DNA of 64,000 nt from a virus. How positions within the stretch are numbered: position 1 is the stretch's first letter; the number at the start of each line of letters is the position of its first letter. The DNA is taken from the IMG/VR virus record IMGVR_UViG_3300047550_002723, positions 10,982 through 74,981 of that record. One strand, given 5' to 3'. Positions 18,075 through 29,939 of the stretch are shown here, in pieces. The position numbers and the translations under genes were made by a program. The notes under the pieces were generated by a model. It did no database searches. It was not told where the DNA came from and saw only the letters and a program-made list of their open reading frames with translations.

Positions 18075-18778
18075 TTAGTATTGTAACTGGCACATTAAAT
18101 CGTGTGGGAATGCTTCCTAACCTGATTAAAAATACTGTTCTTGCTGACGATAGAATAGAACTTGTATTGGTTGATGGTGGGAGTAATGACGGCACTGTAG
18201 ATTACATTAAGCAAGTCAATCATCCTCAAATTAAACTGATTGAGATTGGCGGTAGAAGTTCTTATCCACATTTCATGAATATTGGTATTCGTGAATCAAC
18301 TCACGAAATAGTGTGTCAGTGGAATGATGATGTTGTTTTATGTAATGATTGGTCTGAAGTTATTATTGAAACTCAATCAAATCATGATTTCTATCTTTTT
18401 AATTGGAAGTATGGATCTTTCGATGAAACTAAAAATCCAGATTGGTTGAATGGTGTGGACCACACATCTGGATGGTGTTTGTGTAATGTTGCGGATTCTG
18501 GTGGAGAGATTGTAATGAATTATGGATTATATCGTAAGAAAATATTTAGAGAAATTGGAATGTATAATCCCGAATATCAGTATTATTGTGCAGATGGTGA
18601 TATGTCTTATCGTGCATATTCTTTCGGATACAAAGTTAAAGATCTAAGGCATATTAAGGTGTGCTCTCTTCCTACAAGTAAGATTGCAACTTCTCATCCA
18701 GGAGATCATTCGATATACCATAAAAATATGGATATGTATCGAAAAAAAATCTTACCAGAAAGTCTTCAATATCTTTGA
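18071..18778 (+). CDS. GT2 family glycosyltransferase
   Basis: ISIVTGTLNR, LVDGGSNDGT, WNDD. Confidence 0.8.
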   Translation: MISIVTGTLNRVGMLPNLIKNTVLADDRIELVLVDGGSNDGTVDYIKQVNHPQIKLIEIGGRSSYPHFMNIGIRESTHEIVCQWNDDVVLCNDWSEVIIETQSNHDFYLFNWKYGSFDETKNPDWLNGVDHTSGWCLCNVADSGGEIVMNYGLYRKKIFREIGMYNPEYQYYCADGDMSYRAYSFGYKVKDLRHIKVCSLPTSKIATSHPGDHSIYHKNMDMYRKKILPESLQYL

Positions 18779-19452
18779 ATAATCATATCGCGGTGATTAG
18801 ATAATTGCTTATCATTCTCATCAAATGGTTCTCCAATAAAAGCAAAGTCATCTAACTTGCGATCTCTTTTAATTGGATTTCCAATTTGCTCATAATTAAA
18901 ATATTCGTCATGAAGAAATAAACTTGTAACTGCTTGGGGATAAATTACCTCCTGTAGAAATCTCTGGTCTACTGCTCGGTCTGATATCCAATGTGATGTG
19001 CTGATATATTGTTGCATTTCTTCATCAATGTTTTGAATGAATCCAGATTTGCAACCCCACATTCCAGCACTAATTTCCCAAGCGTGCCCTCCAGGATGGT
19101 CTCTAATGATATGAAACTGTTTATCTGATTCTAACCATTCATTTACAGCAGTAACATCACGCTCAAATAAACGAGAATCGCAATCTCTTGAGATGAAACA
19201 TTCAATACCTTCTTCAGATGCTGGACTAAATCGCCACATTGCGTTAGAATGATTTTGATTATCTCTTTCTACGAGTTTCACATTATTACCTTTCAATTCT
19301 TCTAATATATAAGAAGGCACTGAGTCATCATGATAAACTCTCATTTCCCATTCTGGGTAAAACTTATTCTTAAGAAGAGAGTTTTTAATTGCTCCTATAG
19401 TGTATTTTGGGTTATCACCCCATAAAGAAAAAGATATAACTTTCATATTCAC
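18766..19452 (-). CDS. Hypothetical GT-A-like protein on the opposite strand
   Basis: KVISFSLWG, FISRDCDSR (DxD), AGMWG, DQRFL. Confidence 0.6.
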   Translation of the reverse strand: MNMKVISFSLWGDNPKYTIGAIKNSLLKNKFYPEWEMRVYHDDSVPSYILEELKGNNVKLVERDNQNHSNAMWRFSPASEEGIECFISRDCDSRLFERDVTAVNEWLESDKQFHIIRDHPGGHAWEISAGMWGCKSGFIQNIDEEMQQYISTSHWISDRAVDQRFLQEVIYPQAVTSLFLHDEYFNYEQIGNPIKRDRKLDDFAFIGEPFDENDKQLSNHRDMIIQRY

Positions 19453-19470
19453 ATCAATTCTTTATTATAT

Positions 19471-20286
19471 ATGACTGAGAAAAAACAGTATAACTTAGTT
19501 GGTGGTGGATTTAACCATTATGATAATGGAAACAAAGCATCTTCCATTTATAAGCAAGAATCAAAATTTATAGAATGGGTTGATTCTGGTGCAGAGGAAA
19601 CTTTTTATATAGATCGTCATATTGGACTTGCTTTTGATGATAATTGTAGTAAAAAGAAGTATGCTTGGTTATTGGAATCCGAAAATATTTGTTCAGATGT
19701 TATTGAAGATGTAAAGAGAAATTATCTTCACTATACCCGTGTTTATGATGCTATCTTTACTCACAATCAAGAATTAGTTAAACTTCATCCAAAGTTTAAG
19801 TTTGCACCTCTATATGGTAGTTGGATTCCTGAAGCAAAACTTTATGATAAAAGTAAATTAATTTCTATGATTTGCTCTAATAAGGTAATGTGTGAGGGCC
19901 ATCAATATCGCTTATCCTGGGCTCAAAGACTTCAGGGAAAAGTTGATTTTTATGGAAGAGGATTTAATGAGATTCAAACCAAGGAAGAAGGTCTAGTAGA
20001 TTATATGTTTTCAGTTGCAATTGAAAATGCTTCCTACGAATCTTACTTTACTGAAAAGATTCAAGACTGTTTTTCTACAGGAACCATACCAATCTACTAT
20101 GGGTCTCCTGATATTGGAAAGTTTTTTAATCCCGAAGGAATTATTACACTTACTGATGATTTTGATGTTTCTCAATTGACTCCAGACCTTTATTATGATA
20201 AACTGGATGCAGTAAAGGAAAATTTAGAGAGAGTCAAAGATTTTCTAATCAACGAAGATTACATTTACAACACTTACTTAAAATAA
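19471..20286 (+). CDS. GT10-like (alpha-1,3-fucosyltransferase type) glycosyltransferase
   Basis: YMFSVAIEN...YFTEKI...GTIPIYYG motif. Confidence 0.7.
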   Translation: MTEKKQYNLVGGGFNHYDNGNKASSIYKQESKFIEWVDSGAEETFYIDRHIGLAFDDNCSKKKYAWLLESENICSDVIEDVKRNYLHYTRVYDAIFTHNQELVKLHPKFKFAPLYGSWIPEAKLYDKSKLISMICSNKVMCEGHQYRLSWAQRLQGKVDFYGRGFNEIQTKEEGLVDYMFSVAIENASYESYFTEKIQDCFSTGTIPIYYGSPDIGKFFNPEGIITLTDDFDVSQLTPDLYYDKLDAVKENLERVKDFLINEDYIYNTYLK

Positions 20287-20288
20287 TT

Positions 20289-20909
20289 ATGTTACTTAGT
20301 TTTAAAAATATTAAAACAAAATATGATATGAATATCACAGGAATTATTCATATCGGAGCGCACAGAGGTCAAGAAGTATACGACTATATTGATTGTGGAA
20401 TTCAAAATATTATTTTGTTTGAACCATTAAGTACTAACTTTTCAATTCTTGAACAAAAATTAGCAGATGCTAATGCAAATATTTTTGGACATCAAGTTGC
20501 TCTTGGCAATGATGAAAAATTGGTAACTATGTATTTGAGTGATAATGATCAAATGAGTAGTTCAATTTTAAAACCAAAAAAGCATCTTCAAAATCATCCA
20601 ACAGTTCATTTTAATGGAACTGAAGAAGTTGAAATGAAAAAACTTGATAGTTTTTCTGATGAAACTATCGGACATAATTTTATTAATATGGATGTTCAAG
20701 GATATGAACTTGAAGTTCTTAAAGGTGGTGCAGAAACTTTAAAAAATATTGATTATGTTTACTGTGAAGTAAATCGTGATGAAGTTTATGAAAATAATGC
20801 ATACATTGAAGAATTAGATGAATATCTTGCCAATTACAATATGGAAAGAGTTGAAACTGATTGGTCTGGTGGTATATGGGGTGATGCTCTTTATATCAGG
20901 AGAAAATAA
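20289..20909 (+). CDS. FkbM family SAM methyltransferase
   Basis: IHIGAHRG, FEP, NMDVQGYELEVLKG. Confidence 0.85.
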   Translation: MLLSFKNIKTKYDMNITGIIHIGAHRGQEVYDYIDCGIQNIILFEPLSTNFSILEQKLADANANIFGHQVALGNDEKLVTMYLSDNDQMSSSILKPKKHLQNHPTVHFNGTEEVEMKKLDSFSDETIGHNFINMDVQGYELEVLKGGAETLKNIDYVYCEVNRDEVYENNAYIEELDEYLANYNMERVETDWSGGIWGDALYIRRK

Positions 20910-21760
20910 TGACTATCAGTTATAATCGCCTAGGATCAAACGGGCGTCTTGGAAATCAAATGTTTCAGTATGCTGGACTTCGTGGTATTGCCGCAAATCG
21001 TGGGTTTGATTGGGTTATTCCTCCTCCAGAAAATTATGGTGACTCTAATTATGGACTTTTTGACTGTTTTGAGATGTCAACAGTGGAGAAAAATAATTTT
21101 GGATTTTTGAACGCTCAAAGTATTCAAACTGGAGTATTTCATTTTTCCGAAGATTTATTTAATGATTGTCCAGATAATATAAATCTGCATGATCATTTTA
21201 CAACGCAAAAATATTTTTTGAACATTGAAGATACTATTCGTAAAGATTATACATTTAAAAATAGCATTTTAGAACCTTGTAAAGAAATTATAAGTCAATT
21301 TAAACATCCTATTTTTCTTCATGTTCGTAGGGGAGATTATGCTGCACATACTGACGCACATCCACTAATCCCGATTGAATATTATGAAAAAGCATTAAAG
21401 TTGTTTCCAGAAGATTCTGAAGTTTTGGTATTTTCTGATTCTATTGATTGGTGTAAAGAACAGGAATTTTTTCAGGGTGATAGGTTTATGTTGTCAGAAT
21501 ATTCTGAAACATATCCACAAGTTGCGGATACTTTGTTTGGAAAACAAAAATCAAAAATTCCATATTTTGATCTTTGTATGATGACTCTTTGTGAAGGTGG
21601 TATTCTTGCCAATAGTACTATGAGTTGGTGGGGCGCTTGGTTAATGGAAAATAAAAAACAACCAATTGTTGCACCAAAACCATGGTTCGGTAAATTTTAT
21701 GATTATTATAATATGAATGATTTATTACCTGACGATTGGATGGAGATTGAATATGAATAA
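20909..21760 (+). CDS. GT11 alpha-1,2-fucosyl/colitosyltransferase
   Basis: GRLGNQMFQYA, LHVRRGDY, VFSD, NSTMSWWGAWL. Confidence 0.85.
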   Translation: MTISYNRLGSNGRLGNQMFQYAGLRGIAANRGFDWVIPPPENYGDSNYGLFDCFEMSTVEKNNFGFLNAQSIQTGVFHFSEDLFNDCPDNINLHDHFTTQKYFLNIEDTIRKDYTFKNSILEPCKEIISQFKHPIFLHVRRGDYAAHTDAHPLIPIEYYEKALKLFPEDSEVLVFSDSIDWCKEQEFFQGDRFMLSEYSETYPQVADTLFGKQKSKIPYFDLCMMTLCEGGILANSTMSWWGAWLMENKKQPIVAPKPWFGKFYDYYNMNDLLPDDWMEIEYE

Positions 21761-22580
21761 TCTAACTTTTTTGATGCCTTGTAGAATTGAAAGTGATGAT
21801 CGATTAAAAAATATTATAACAGTAATTTCATATATTCATCATAATTTTCCAGATTGTCCAATTATTATTAAGGAAAACGATAAGCAATCCATATTTCAGC
21901 AAAGAGTAGTTCCAATTATTAAAAATATTTTTGGATATTTTCCAGAAAATGTAAGACACATTTTTGAACAATCTGAAGAATCATTCTTCCATAAAACTAG
22001 AATCTTAAATGATTTGGTAATGGCAGCAGATACTGATATTGTTTATAATTATGATATTGATCACTTATTGCCGATTGCTAGTTATAAAAAGGCATATGAT
22101 ATGATTAGTAGTGGGCAGTTTGATGCTGTTTATTGTTATGGTGTTGGTGTATACCAATATCTTGTTGACTACCCAGTTGAAGCATTTCAGAAGTTTATCA
22201 AATCTGGATTTGATTTTAAAGTGATTGAACCTGGATGTAACATTTCCCCTTCAGTTATGGGGCTTGGGCAAATGATTCGTAGACAAACTGAAATTGATTG
22301 CTATATGTGGAATGAAAACTTTTTGGCCTGGGGTCCGGAAGATTGTGAATTTCTTTATCGAATTCAAGTTCTAGGTGCAAAAGTTGGTAGAGTGAATGAT
22401 GTATGCTACCATTTGAATCATTATAGATCTTTCAATTCTCATTATCATAATCCAAAGTGGCAGGAAAATATGAATATTTGGCAAACTATTCGCACTTGGG
22501 ATAAAGATGCTATAATAGGATATTATGAGGGACAGAATTATGTTGAGGAGAGGAGGAGTCAACTGAATGCTAGCGTTTAA
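21753..22580 (+). CDS. GT-A fold glycosyltransferase (GT2/GT7-like)
   Basis: YDID, WNENFLAWGPEDCEF, YHLNH. Confidence 0.7.
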   Translation: MNNLTFLMPCRIESDDRLKNIITVISYIHHNFPDCPIIIKENDKQSIFQQRVVPIIKNIFGYFPENVRHIFEQSEESFFHKTRILNDLVMAADTDIVYNYDIDHLLPIASYKKAYDMISSGQFDAVYCYGVGVYQYLVDYPVEAFQKFIKSGFDFKVIEPGCNISPSVMGLGQMIRRQTEIDCYMWNENFLAWGPEDCEFLYRIQVLGAKVGRVNDVCYHLNHYRSFNSHYHNPKWQENMNIWQTIRTWDKDAIIGYYEGQNYVEERRSQLNASV

Positions 22581-23373
22581 TTATCTTGGAAAGTTGGGGC
22601 GCTTGGGAAACCAAATGTTTCAATATGCCTCATTGAGAGGCATTGCTCGAAATCGTGGATATGATTTTTGTATTCCCAATCATCAGGAAGTATTGAAAGA
22701 TCCTTATGGGTTTGATTTGAAGATAGAATTATTCTATCCATTTAAAATGACATATGTGCTTCCTCATAATATTAAACTTCTTGATAGGGGATACGCACCT
22801 GTAGCGGAAGAGAAGCAGTTTCATTTTGATGAGACTCTTTTTAATATGTGTCCAGATGAAATTACTCTTGCTGGATTCTTTCAATCTGAAAAATACTTTA
22901 AGCATATTGAAGATGAAATCAGAGAAGATTTCTCTTTTAAGAATGAGATTCTAGATCCTTGTAAAGAAATGATAGAGTCGGTTGGTGAAGCAATCAGTCT
23001 TCATATTCGTCGCACAGATTATCTGCAGAATCCAAATCATACTACTCTTGGATTGGAATATTATACTGAAGCACTTCAAAAGTTTGATTCAAATCTCCCT
23101 GTGATTATCTTTACTGATGATGTAGAGTGGTGTAAAGCGCAGGAATTATTCTCTGACGAACGCTTCATGATTTCTGAATCTGGAGACCACTATGTCGATA
23201 TGTGCTTGATGACTCTGTGTAAATATCATATCATTGCAAATTCTTCATTTTCTTGGTGGGGTGCTTGGTTATCCAATTCTGATAGTGTAATTGCACCTAT
23301 CAAATGGTTTGGTGAAGGAAATCAAGATAAAAATACAGAAGATTTAATTCCAGAAAGATGGAGTAAACTATAA
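22567..23373 (+). CDS. GT11 alpha-1,2-fucosyl/colitosyltransferase, second paralogue
   Basis: GRLGNQMFQYA, LHIRRTDY, IIANSSFSWWGAWL. Confidence 0.85.
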   Translation: MLAFNYLGKLGRLGNQMFQYASLRGIARNRGYDFCIPNHQEVLKDPYGFDLKIELFYPFKMTYVLPHNIKLLDRGYAPVAEEKQFHFDETLFNMCPDEITLAGFFQSEKYFKHIEDEIREDFSFKNEILDPCKEMIESVGEAISLHIRRTDYLQNPNHTTLGLEYYTEALQKFDSNLPVIIFTDDVEWCKAQELFSDERFMISESGDHYVDMCLMTLCKYHIIANSSFSWWGAWLSNSDSVIAPIKWFGEGNQDKNTEDLIPERWSKL

Positions 23374-24164
23374 TGGACAGAAATAAATCTGCTTATAAAC
23401 TTAAAAATATTGGTCCAATTTATTATCTTAATCTAGATGGGCAACCAGAAAGAAAACAATATATGGAAGACCAGTTTAAATATTGGGAGATTGAGAATTA
23501 CGAACGGATCTCTGCGTTTGATGGTAGAGATGATGATCTTAGCGATATTATTAAAGGTCGTTATCCAGAAAACATGACTTCTGGTGAGATTGGATGTACT
23601 ACTTCTCACTTAAAAGCAATCAAACATTGGTACGAGACTTCTGATTCTCCTTATGCAATCATCATGGAGGATGATGTAGATCTTCAAATTGTAAGATTCT
23701 GGAATTTTACTTGGGTAGATTTTGCTTCTAAAGTTCCTTATGATTGGGATGTAATTCAGTTAGCAATCATTTGTACAGGTAATCTACATGTAAAACTACA
23801 TAAAAGATTTGTGAATGATTTTTCAACTGCTTGCTATATGATTACTCGCCATCATGCTGAGAAACTACTGAAGTTTCATGTTCGTGATAGTAAATATAAA
23901 CTGGACCAAGGTGTAAAACCAAGACCTGTTGCTGATGATTTAATTTATAATTCAGGTAATACTTTTTCAATTCCTCTTTTTCTTTATCGTATTGCTTTAG
24001 GTTCCTCTATTCATCCAGAACACATTGATGTTTTTCATCGTGCAAGTCATGATGGTTTACTTGAATTCTGGCAAAAGCAAGGATGTGATATGAACATTGG
24101 TGATTTGATGAATTATGATCCTTATCTTGGGAGAGTTACTGAGACATCTCAATCTCAACAGTAA
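23373..24164 (+). CDS. GT25 family glycosyltransferase
   Basis: YYLNLD..ER, RISAFDG, GEIGCTTSH, IMEDD. Confidence 0.85.
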   Translation: MDRNKSAYKLKNIGPIYYLNLDGQPERKQYMEDQFKYWEIENYERISAFDGRDDDLSDIIKGRYPENMTSGEIGCTTSHLKAIKHWYETSDSPYAIIMEDDVDLQIVRFWNFTWVDFASKVPYDWDVIQLAIICTGNLHVKLHKRFVNDFSTACYMITRHHAEKLLKFHVRDSKYKLDQGVKPRPVADDLIYNSGNTFSIPLFLYRIALGSSIHPEHIDVFHRASHDGLLEFWQKQGCDMNIGDLMNYDPYLGRVTETSQSQQ

Positions 24165-24198
24165 GCATTTATACTTATCAATGTTTTCATATTCACAC

Positions 24199-24237
24199 AA
24201 AGGGGTGCTTGACACCCCTTTCTTTTTGCTATATAAT
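24199..24237 (+). promoter_or_regulatory. Terminator hairpin overlapping the sigma70 promoter for hli
   Basis: AAAGGGGTG/CACCCCTTT stem; TTGACA-17-TATAAT. Confidence 0.75.
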
Positions 24238-24264
24238 TCTGTAACAGTTCTTCACAAAACTACA

Positions 24265-24459
24265 ATGACTGTAACTACTAATGAATTTGGGCAACAAAAT
24301 ATGTTTGCCAAAGAACCTGTGATGTACTATGAAAATTATGGGATGTTGACACCTAATCAAGTCAGGGAGCGTACTAATGGCCGCTGGGCAATGGTCGGTT
24401 TTGTTGCTGGCATCATTTCTTATGTTAGCACTGGTAACTTCTTCTTCGGCATCTTCTGA
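24265..24459 (+). CDS. hli: High-light-inducible protein
   Basis: ERTNGRWAMVGFVAG chlorophyll-binding helix. Confidence 0.9.
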   Translation: MTVTTNEFGQQNMFAKEPVMYYENYGMLTPNQVRERTNGRWAMVGFVAGIISYVSTGNFFFGIF

Positions 24460-24545
24460 TGACTGAAGCACTCTGGACAATCACGACGGTTGCTTTTTTC
24501 GTGATTTTGGGTTATGCTGTAGATCAACTCTCTGAAACTTATTGA
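24459..24545 (+). CDS. 28-aa single-TM peptide
   Basis: [28 protein letters not shown]; start overlaps the hli stop. Confidence 0.5.
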   Translation: MTEALWTITTVAFFVILGYAVDQLSETY

Positions 24546-24556
24546 GTCTTAACACA

Positions 24557-24847
24557 ATGGCATTTAACATTACACTTCAATCCCCTGACGGCACCGAAAC
24601 CACTATTCAATGTGCTTCTGATCAATATATTCTTGAAGCAGCAGAGGAGGCAGGTGTTGATCTACCTTCCAGTTGTCGTGCTGGTGCTTGCTCTGCTTGC
24701 GCGGGCAAACTGATCAGTGGTACTGTAGATAATGAGGATCAGTCGTTCCTTGATGATGATCAAACTGCTGAGGGATGGGTCCTAACTTGTGTAGCATATC
24801 CCACCAGCGACTGTGTGATCCTTACCGAGCAGGAAGAAAATCTGTGA
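24557..24847 (+). CDS. petF: Plant-type [2Fe-2S] ferredoxin
   Basis: [13 protein letters not shown]...[11 protein letters not shown]. Confidence 0.95.
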   Translation: MAFNITLQSPDGTETTIQCASDQYILEAAEEAGVDLPSSCRAGACSACAGKLISGTVDNEDQSFLDDDQTAEGWVLTCVAYPTSDCVILTEQEENL

Positions 24848-25134
24848 GCACTGCTGGAATGCTAGGGCAGTTTGCAATTGCCCTTGAAACACTTGGGTGG
24901 GATGCTAGTGATGAAATCTCTGTAGAAATTGGTGGTGTAGCAGTCACAGGAACTGCTACTAGTCCAACTGCAAATCCAAAGTGGGCAAAACCTTTTGGAA
25001 CTGTATCCTACCAAAACGATGCTTTCATCGTAATTAAAAACAAGTCAAGGAATCCTGTCGTTCCTTCACAACCAAATCCTGAACTTAAACAACAACACCC
25101 TTATCAAGGAGAAAACAATGAAAAATCTTTTTAA
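24844..25134 (+). CDS. Hypothetical protein
   Basis: GTG start overlapping the petF stop. Confidence 0.5.
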   Translation: MSTAGMLGQFAIALETLGWDASDEISVEIGGVAVTGTATSPTANPKWAKPFGTVSYQNDAFIVIKNKSRNPVVPSQPNPELKQQHPYQGENNEKSF

Positions 25135-25237
25135 CGAGCGCAGTGAGCGCATTAATGGTTGGTTCGCAATGATTGGATTTGTTGCTGCCGCTGGTTCTTA
25201 CCTCACTACAGGCCAAATTATTCCCGGTGTTTGGTGA
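25118..25237 (+). CDS. hli: High-light-inducible protein (39 aa, absent from the ORF track)
   Basis: [39 protein letters not shown]; ExxNGxxAMIG and TGQIIPG motifs; SD AGGAG. Confidence 0.9.
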   Translation: MKNLFNERSERINGWFAMIGFVAAAGSYLTTGQIIPGVW

Positions 25238-25256
25238 AATAATTCTACATAATAAT

Positions 25257-25292
25257 AAACTCTGCTCTAAATAAGGGGCAGAGTTTTTTTTT
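25257..25292 (+). terminator. Intrinsic terminator
   Basis: AAACTCTGCTC/GGGCAGAGTTT plus T run; loop contains late-promoter-like CTAAATA. Confidence 0.75.
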
Positions 25293-25296
25293 GTAT

Positions 25297-25461
25297 ATGC
25301 CAAGAGGACAATTGACAAAGGACATCATAAAATGTGAGATCCTCAAAATTAAAAGAGATTTGGATAAAGAGTGGATGAATAAATCTGGATATGATCCAAA
25401 ATGGTTGGCACATCACTATCTCAACAAAGTCTTGGATAAATTGGACGAGTACAGGGCTTGA
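25297..25461 (+). CDS. Small hypothetical protein (54 aa)
   Basis: Manual translation MPRGQLTKDIIKCEILK... Confidence 0.55.
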   Translation: MPRGQLTKDIIKCEILKIKRDLDKEWMNKSGYDPKWLAHHYLNKVLDKLDEYRA

Positions 25462-25492
25462 CAGATCGCGCAAGACCGTAGTATGATAAATA
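25458..25492 (+). promoter_or_regulatory. psbA promoter (sigma70-type with adjacent late-like element)
   Basis: TTGACA-18-TATGAT followed by ATAAATA. Confidence 0.6.
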
Positions 25493-25534
25493 GGTAAACA
25501 AATGTTACGGATTCCTCATAATTCGTTACATTGT

Positions 25535-25650
25535 CCACTCCCACTAACCGAGACCTATGGGGAGTATAAATTACGTCTCTCATACCCACACTGGAGGGTG
25601 GTGTGGGATATAATGTATTCGTTCAGTTCCCCCTGAGCACTACTTACCCT
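25535..25650 (+). ncRNA. Structured psbA 5' leader, PhotoRC-II-like RNA motif
   Basis: ACTCCC/GGGAGT and GAGAC/GTCTC crossing pairings, CCCACAC/GTGTGGG hairpin directly before psbA; family recalled, not searched. Confidence 0.6.
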
Positions 25651-25659
25651 TTAACGAAA

Positions 25660-27664
<2,005 letters not shown>

Positions 27665-27671
27665 TGAAATT

Positions 27672-27708
27672 AGAGACCCTTTACGGGTCTCTTTTTTTGT
27701 ACTATAAT
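27672..27708 (+). terminator. psbA terminator overlapping a promoter
   Basis: AGAGACCC/GGGTCTCT plus T run; TTTACG-17-TATAAT. Confidence 0.75.
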
Positions 27709-27751
27709 GGTGTTTAAGATTTTATAAATAGTTAAAAGATTAAACACCATA

Positions 27752-28273
27752 ATGAGAACCACGAAGATTTGTAGAACCTGCACACAAGAACTTCCTATCT
27801 CCGATTTTAGAGAAGGTCGTAGAAGGTGTATGAGATGTGAAGAAAAAACTTATGCTGAAAACTGGGCAAGTAAAACTCACATTATCTGTAATAAGTGTGG
27901 TGTAGAAAAACTCATTTCAGAGTATTATAAAGGGCACAAGAGATGTAAAGAGTGCTATAGTAAAGATTATAAGGATAAAAAACCTTCTTATGATGATAAG
28001 AAGGATTATATGCTAAAGTATACTTATGGTGAAGATTTTGGTTTGGAGCAATATAAAAACATTCTTCAAGAACAAAATGAAGTGTGTGCTATTTGCCTAA
28101 ATCCAAATACTAATGGTAGAAAGGATAGTAACAATCTCTATGTTGACCACAACCATAATACTGGAAAGGTTCGTGGATTACTTTGTAGTAACTGTAATAG
28201 AATGCTTGGTATGGTTGGAGATAATATCAGCACACTAACTAATGCAGTTAAATACCTACAAAAGCATCAATAA
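27752..28273 (+). CDS. Endonuclease VII-family HNH nuclease, F-CphI-like free-standing homing endonuclease
   Basis: CAIC...LYVDHNHNTGKVRGLLCSNCNRMLG; two N-terminal Zn-finger repeats; directly downstream of psbA. Confidence 0.85.
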   Translation: MRTTKICRTCTQELPISDFREGRRRCMRCEEKTYAENWASKTHIICNKCGVEKLISEYYKGHKRCKECYSKDYKDKKPSYDDKKDYMLKYTYGEDFGLEQYKNILQEQNEVCAICLNPNTNGRKDSNNLYVDHNHNTGKVRGLLCSNCNRMLGMVGDNISTLTNAVKYLQKHQ

Positions 28274-28540
28274 AAAATGCTCCTCATCCTCCTCCTCTTC
28301 CAACTTTTTGGAATCCTAATGTTTATATTATCCATCACACAAGATCTCTAATACATAGAGAGGTTGCTTTTATCAAATGAAAAACCTAGAACTTTCTGAA
28401 GACCAGATTAAACTTTTGGCAGATGCAGTATGGATGCGTCAAAGATGCTTTATTGCGGGAGATAGAAGATTTAAAGAATACGGAGCAATGTTAGAAGAAC
28501 TTCTTGAAGGAATGGAATATACACCAAAAAGATTCTGATT

Positions 28541-29245
28541 ATGACTTACGATACAGTCTTTATTTCTGATGTGCATTTAGGCACACCTAGATGTAATACA
28601 GAAAAGTTTCTGAAGTTTCTCAAAGAACTCAAAACTAAAAAACTAGTTTTAGTAGGTGATATTATAGACATCTACTGTATGGAAAAATATAATACTCGCT
28701 GGACTAAAGAGCATACTGAGTGCGTTCATCAAATTCTTAACCTAGTCAAGAAAGGAACAGAAGTCATTTATATTCTTGGAAATCACGAAGGGCAGATTCG
28801 TCGGTACTGTGATTTCAAACATAAGAATTTTAAAATGGTAGATGAGTATATTCATGAAGACTCAAATGGAAATAAATTCCTTTGTGTTCATGGAGATAAG
28901 TATTCTGAGTATTCTTCTGGGTCTTGGAAGCAACTTATCTTCAACAAAGGGTATGAAATTATTACACCACTGAGTTTGTGGTTGGAAAGATTCTTCCGTT
29001 TTTCATTGGTGTATTTCTTGAAGAATAGTGTGCGTGGTAAGAACTATATCAATCAATATGAAACTGATATTGCTTCTTATTGTGCTCAGAGAGATAAAAA
29101 GTATGCTGGGGTAATTTGTGGGCACATTCATTCTGCAAATATTCGTAACTTTGGTAAAATCACTTATATGTGTTGTGGTGATTTTGTAGATACTTGCTCT
29201 GCGATTGTGGAAAAAAATGGAATGTATGCACTTGAAAAATACTGA
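28541..29245 (+). CDS. Metallophosphoesterase (UDP-2,3-diacylglucosamine hydrolase-like family)
   Basis: ISDVHLG, VGDIID, GNHE, VHGD, CGHIH. Confidence 0.85.
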   Translation: MTYDTVFISDVHLGTPRCNTEKFLKFLKELKTKKLVLVGDIIDIYCMEKYNTRWTKEHTECVHQILNLVKKGTEVIYILGNHEGQIRRYCDFKHKNFKMVDEYIHEDSNGNKFLCVHGDKYSEYSSGSWKQLIFNKGYEIITPLSLWLERFFRFSLVYFLKNSVRGKNYINQYETDIASYCAQRDKKYAGVICGHIHSANIRNFGKITYMCCGDFVDTCSAIVEKNGMYALEKY

Positions 29246-29353
29246 TGATTACTACAGAAACTCCCTATAAGTTAGCAGAAATTATTCGAGACACTTTTCC
29301 ACAACTTTACAGACCTGGTAAAGTGTCTTATAATAAAGAAAAGGAACTTAACA

Positions 29354-29635
29354 ATGAACGAGTATTGGATTGTAAAAGAAACCAAAACTGGTAAAGTAAT
29401 TTGTCAATGTGGTGATATTAATGACGCTCTTATGATGGTATCTTTTGATCCTCATAATAGAACTTATAGTCGTAGTAGATTTATTCTTGATCAGGTGATT
29501 GATGTAACTTCTACAACTGATAAGCAACTTCCTGGACAACTTGGATTACCTGCCGCCAAAGAACAACTGCAACCAATAGAATTGCAACAGCAAGTTTGGT
29601 TGCCAGAAGGGAAGCAAAAACCAGTGATCGTATGA
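29354..29635 (+). CDS. Hypothetical protein
   Basis: 93-aa ORF with SD AAGGA. Confidence 0.55.
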   Translation: MNEYWIVKETKTGKVICQCGDINDALMMVSFDPHNRTYSRSRFILDQVIDVTSTTDKQLPGQLGLPAAKEQLQPIELQQQVWLPEGKQKPVIV

Positions 29636-29835
29636 ATCATCGAAAAAGAAAACAAGCAAAAAATCTGAAAAAGAAAGTGTATACACCTGAAGGATATATT
29701 AATGATCCACCTGATTCTGTATGCCCTCACTGTGATCAGAAAAATAAACCTTGTTCACATGTAAATAGTTTAAGTCGTGCTTGGGCAAGGAGTGCTTGTG
29801 CTAAAAAACATTCTACAAAATCTTCAGAGGGATAA
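29632..29835 (+). CDS. Hypothetical Cys-containing basic protein
   Basis: ATG overlaps the upstream stop; CPHC motif. Confidence 0.45.
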   Translation: MNHRKRKQAKNLKKKVYTPEGYINDPPDSVCPHCDQKNKPCSHVNSLSRAWARSACAKKHSTKSSEG

Positions 29836-29939
29836 AGATATTACTTACTATGATGAGTGGCATTACATTTATATCACTCTCAAAGAATTAATCGAAGTCA
29901 TTAAAACTCACAATAAATAATTATAAGTCGCAGTAACTT

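Noticed and set aside
27665-28540. psbD expected next to psbA
   Set aside because: No D2-like sequence seen anywhere in this window; it may lie elsewhere or be absent
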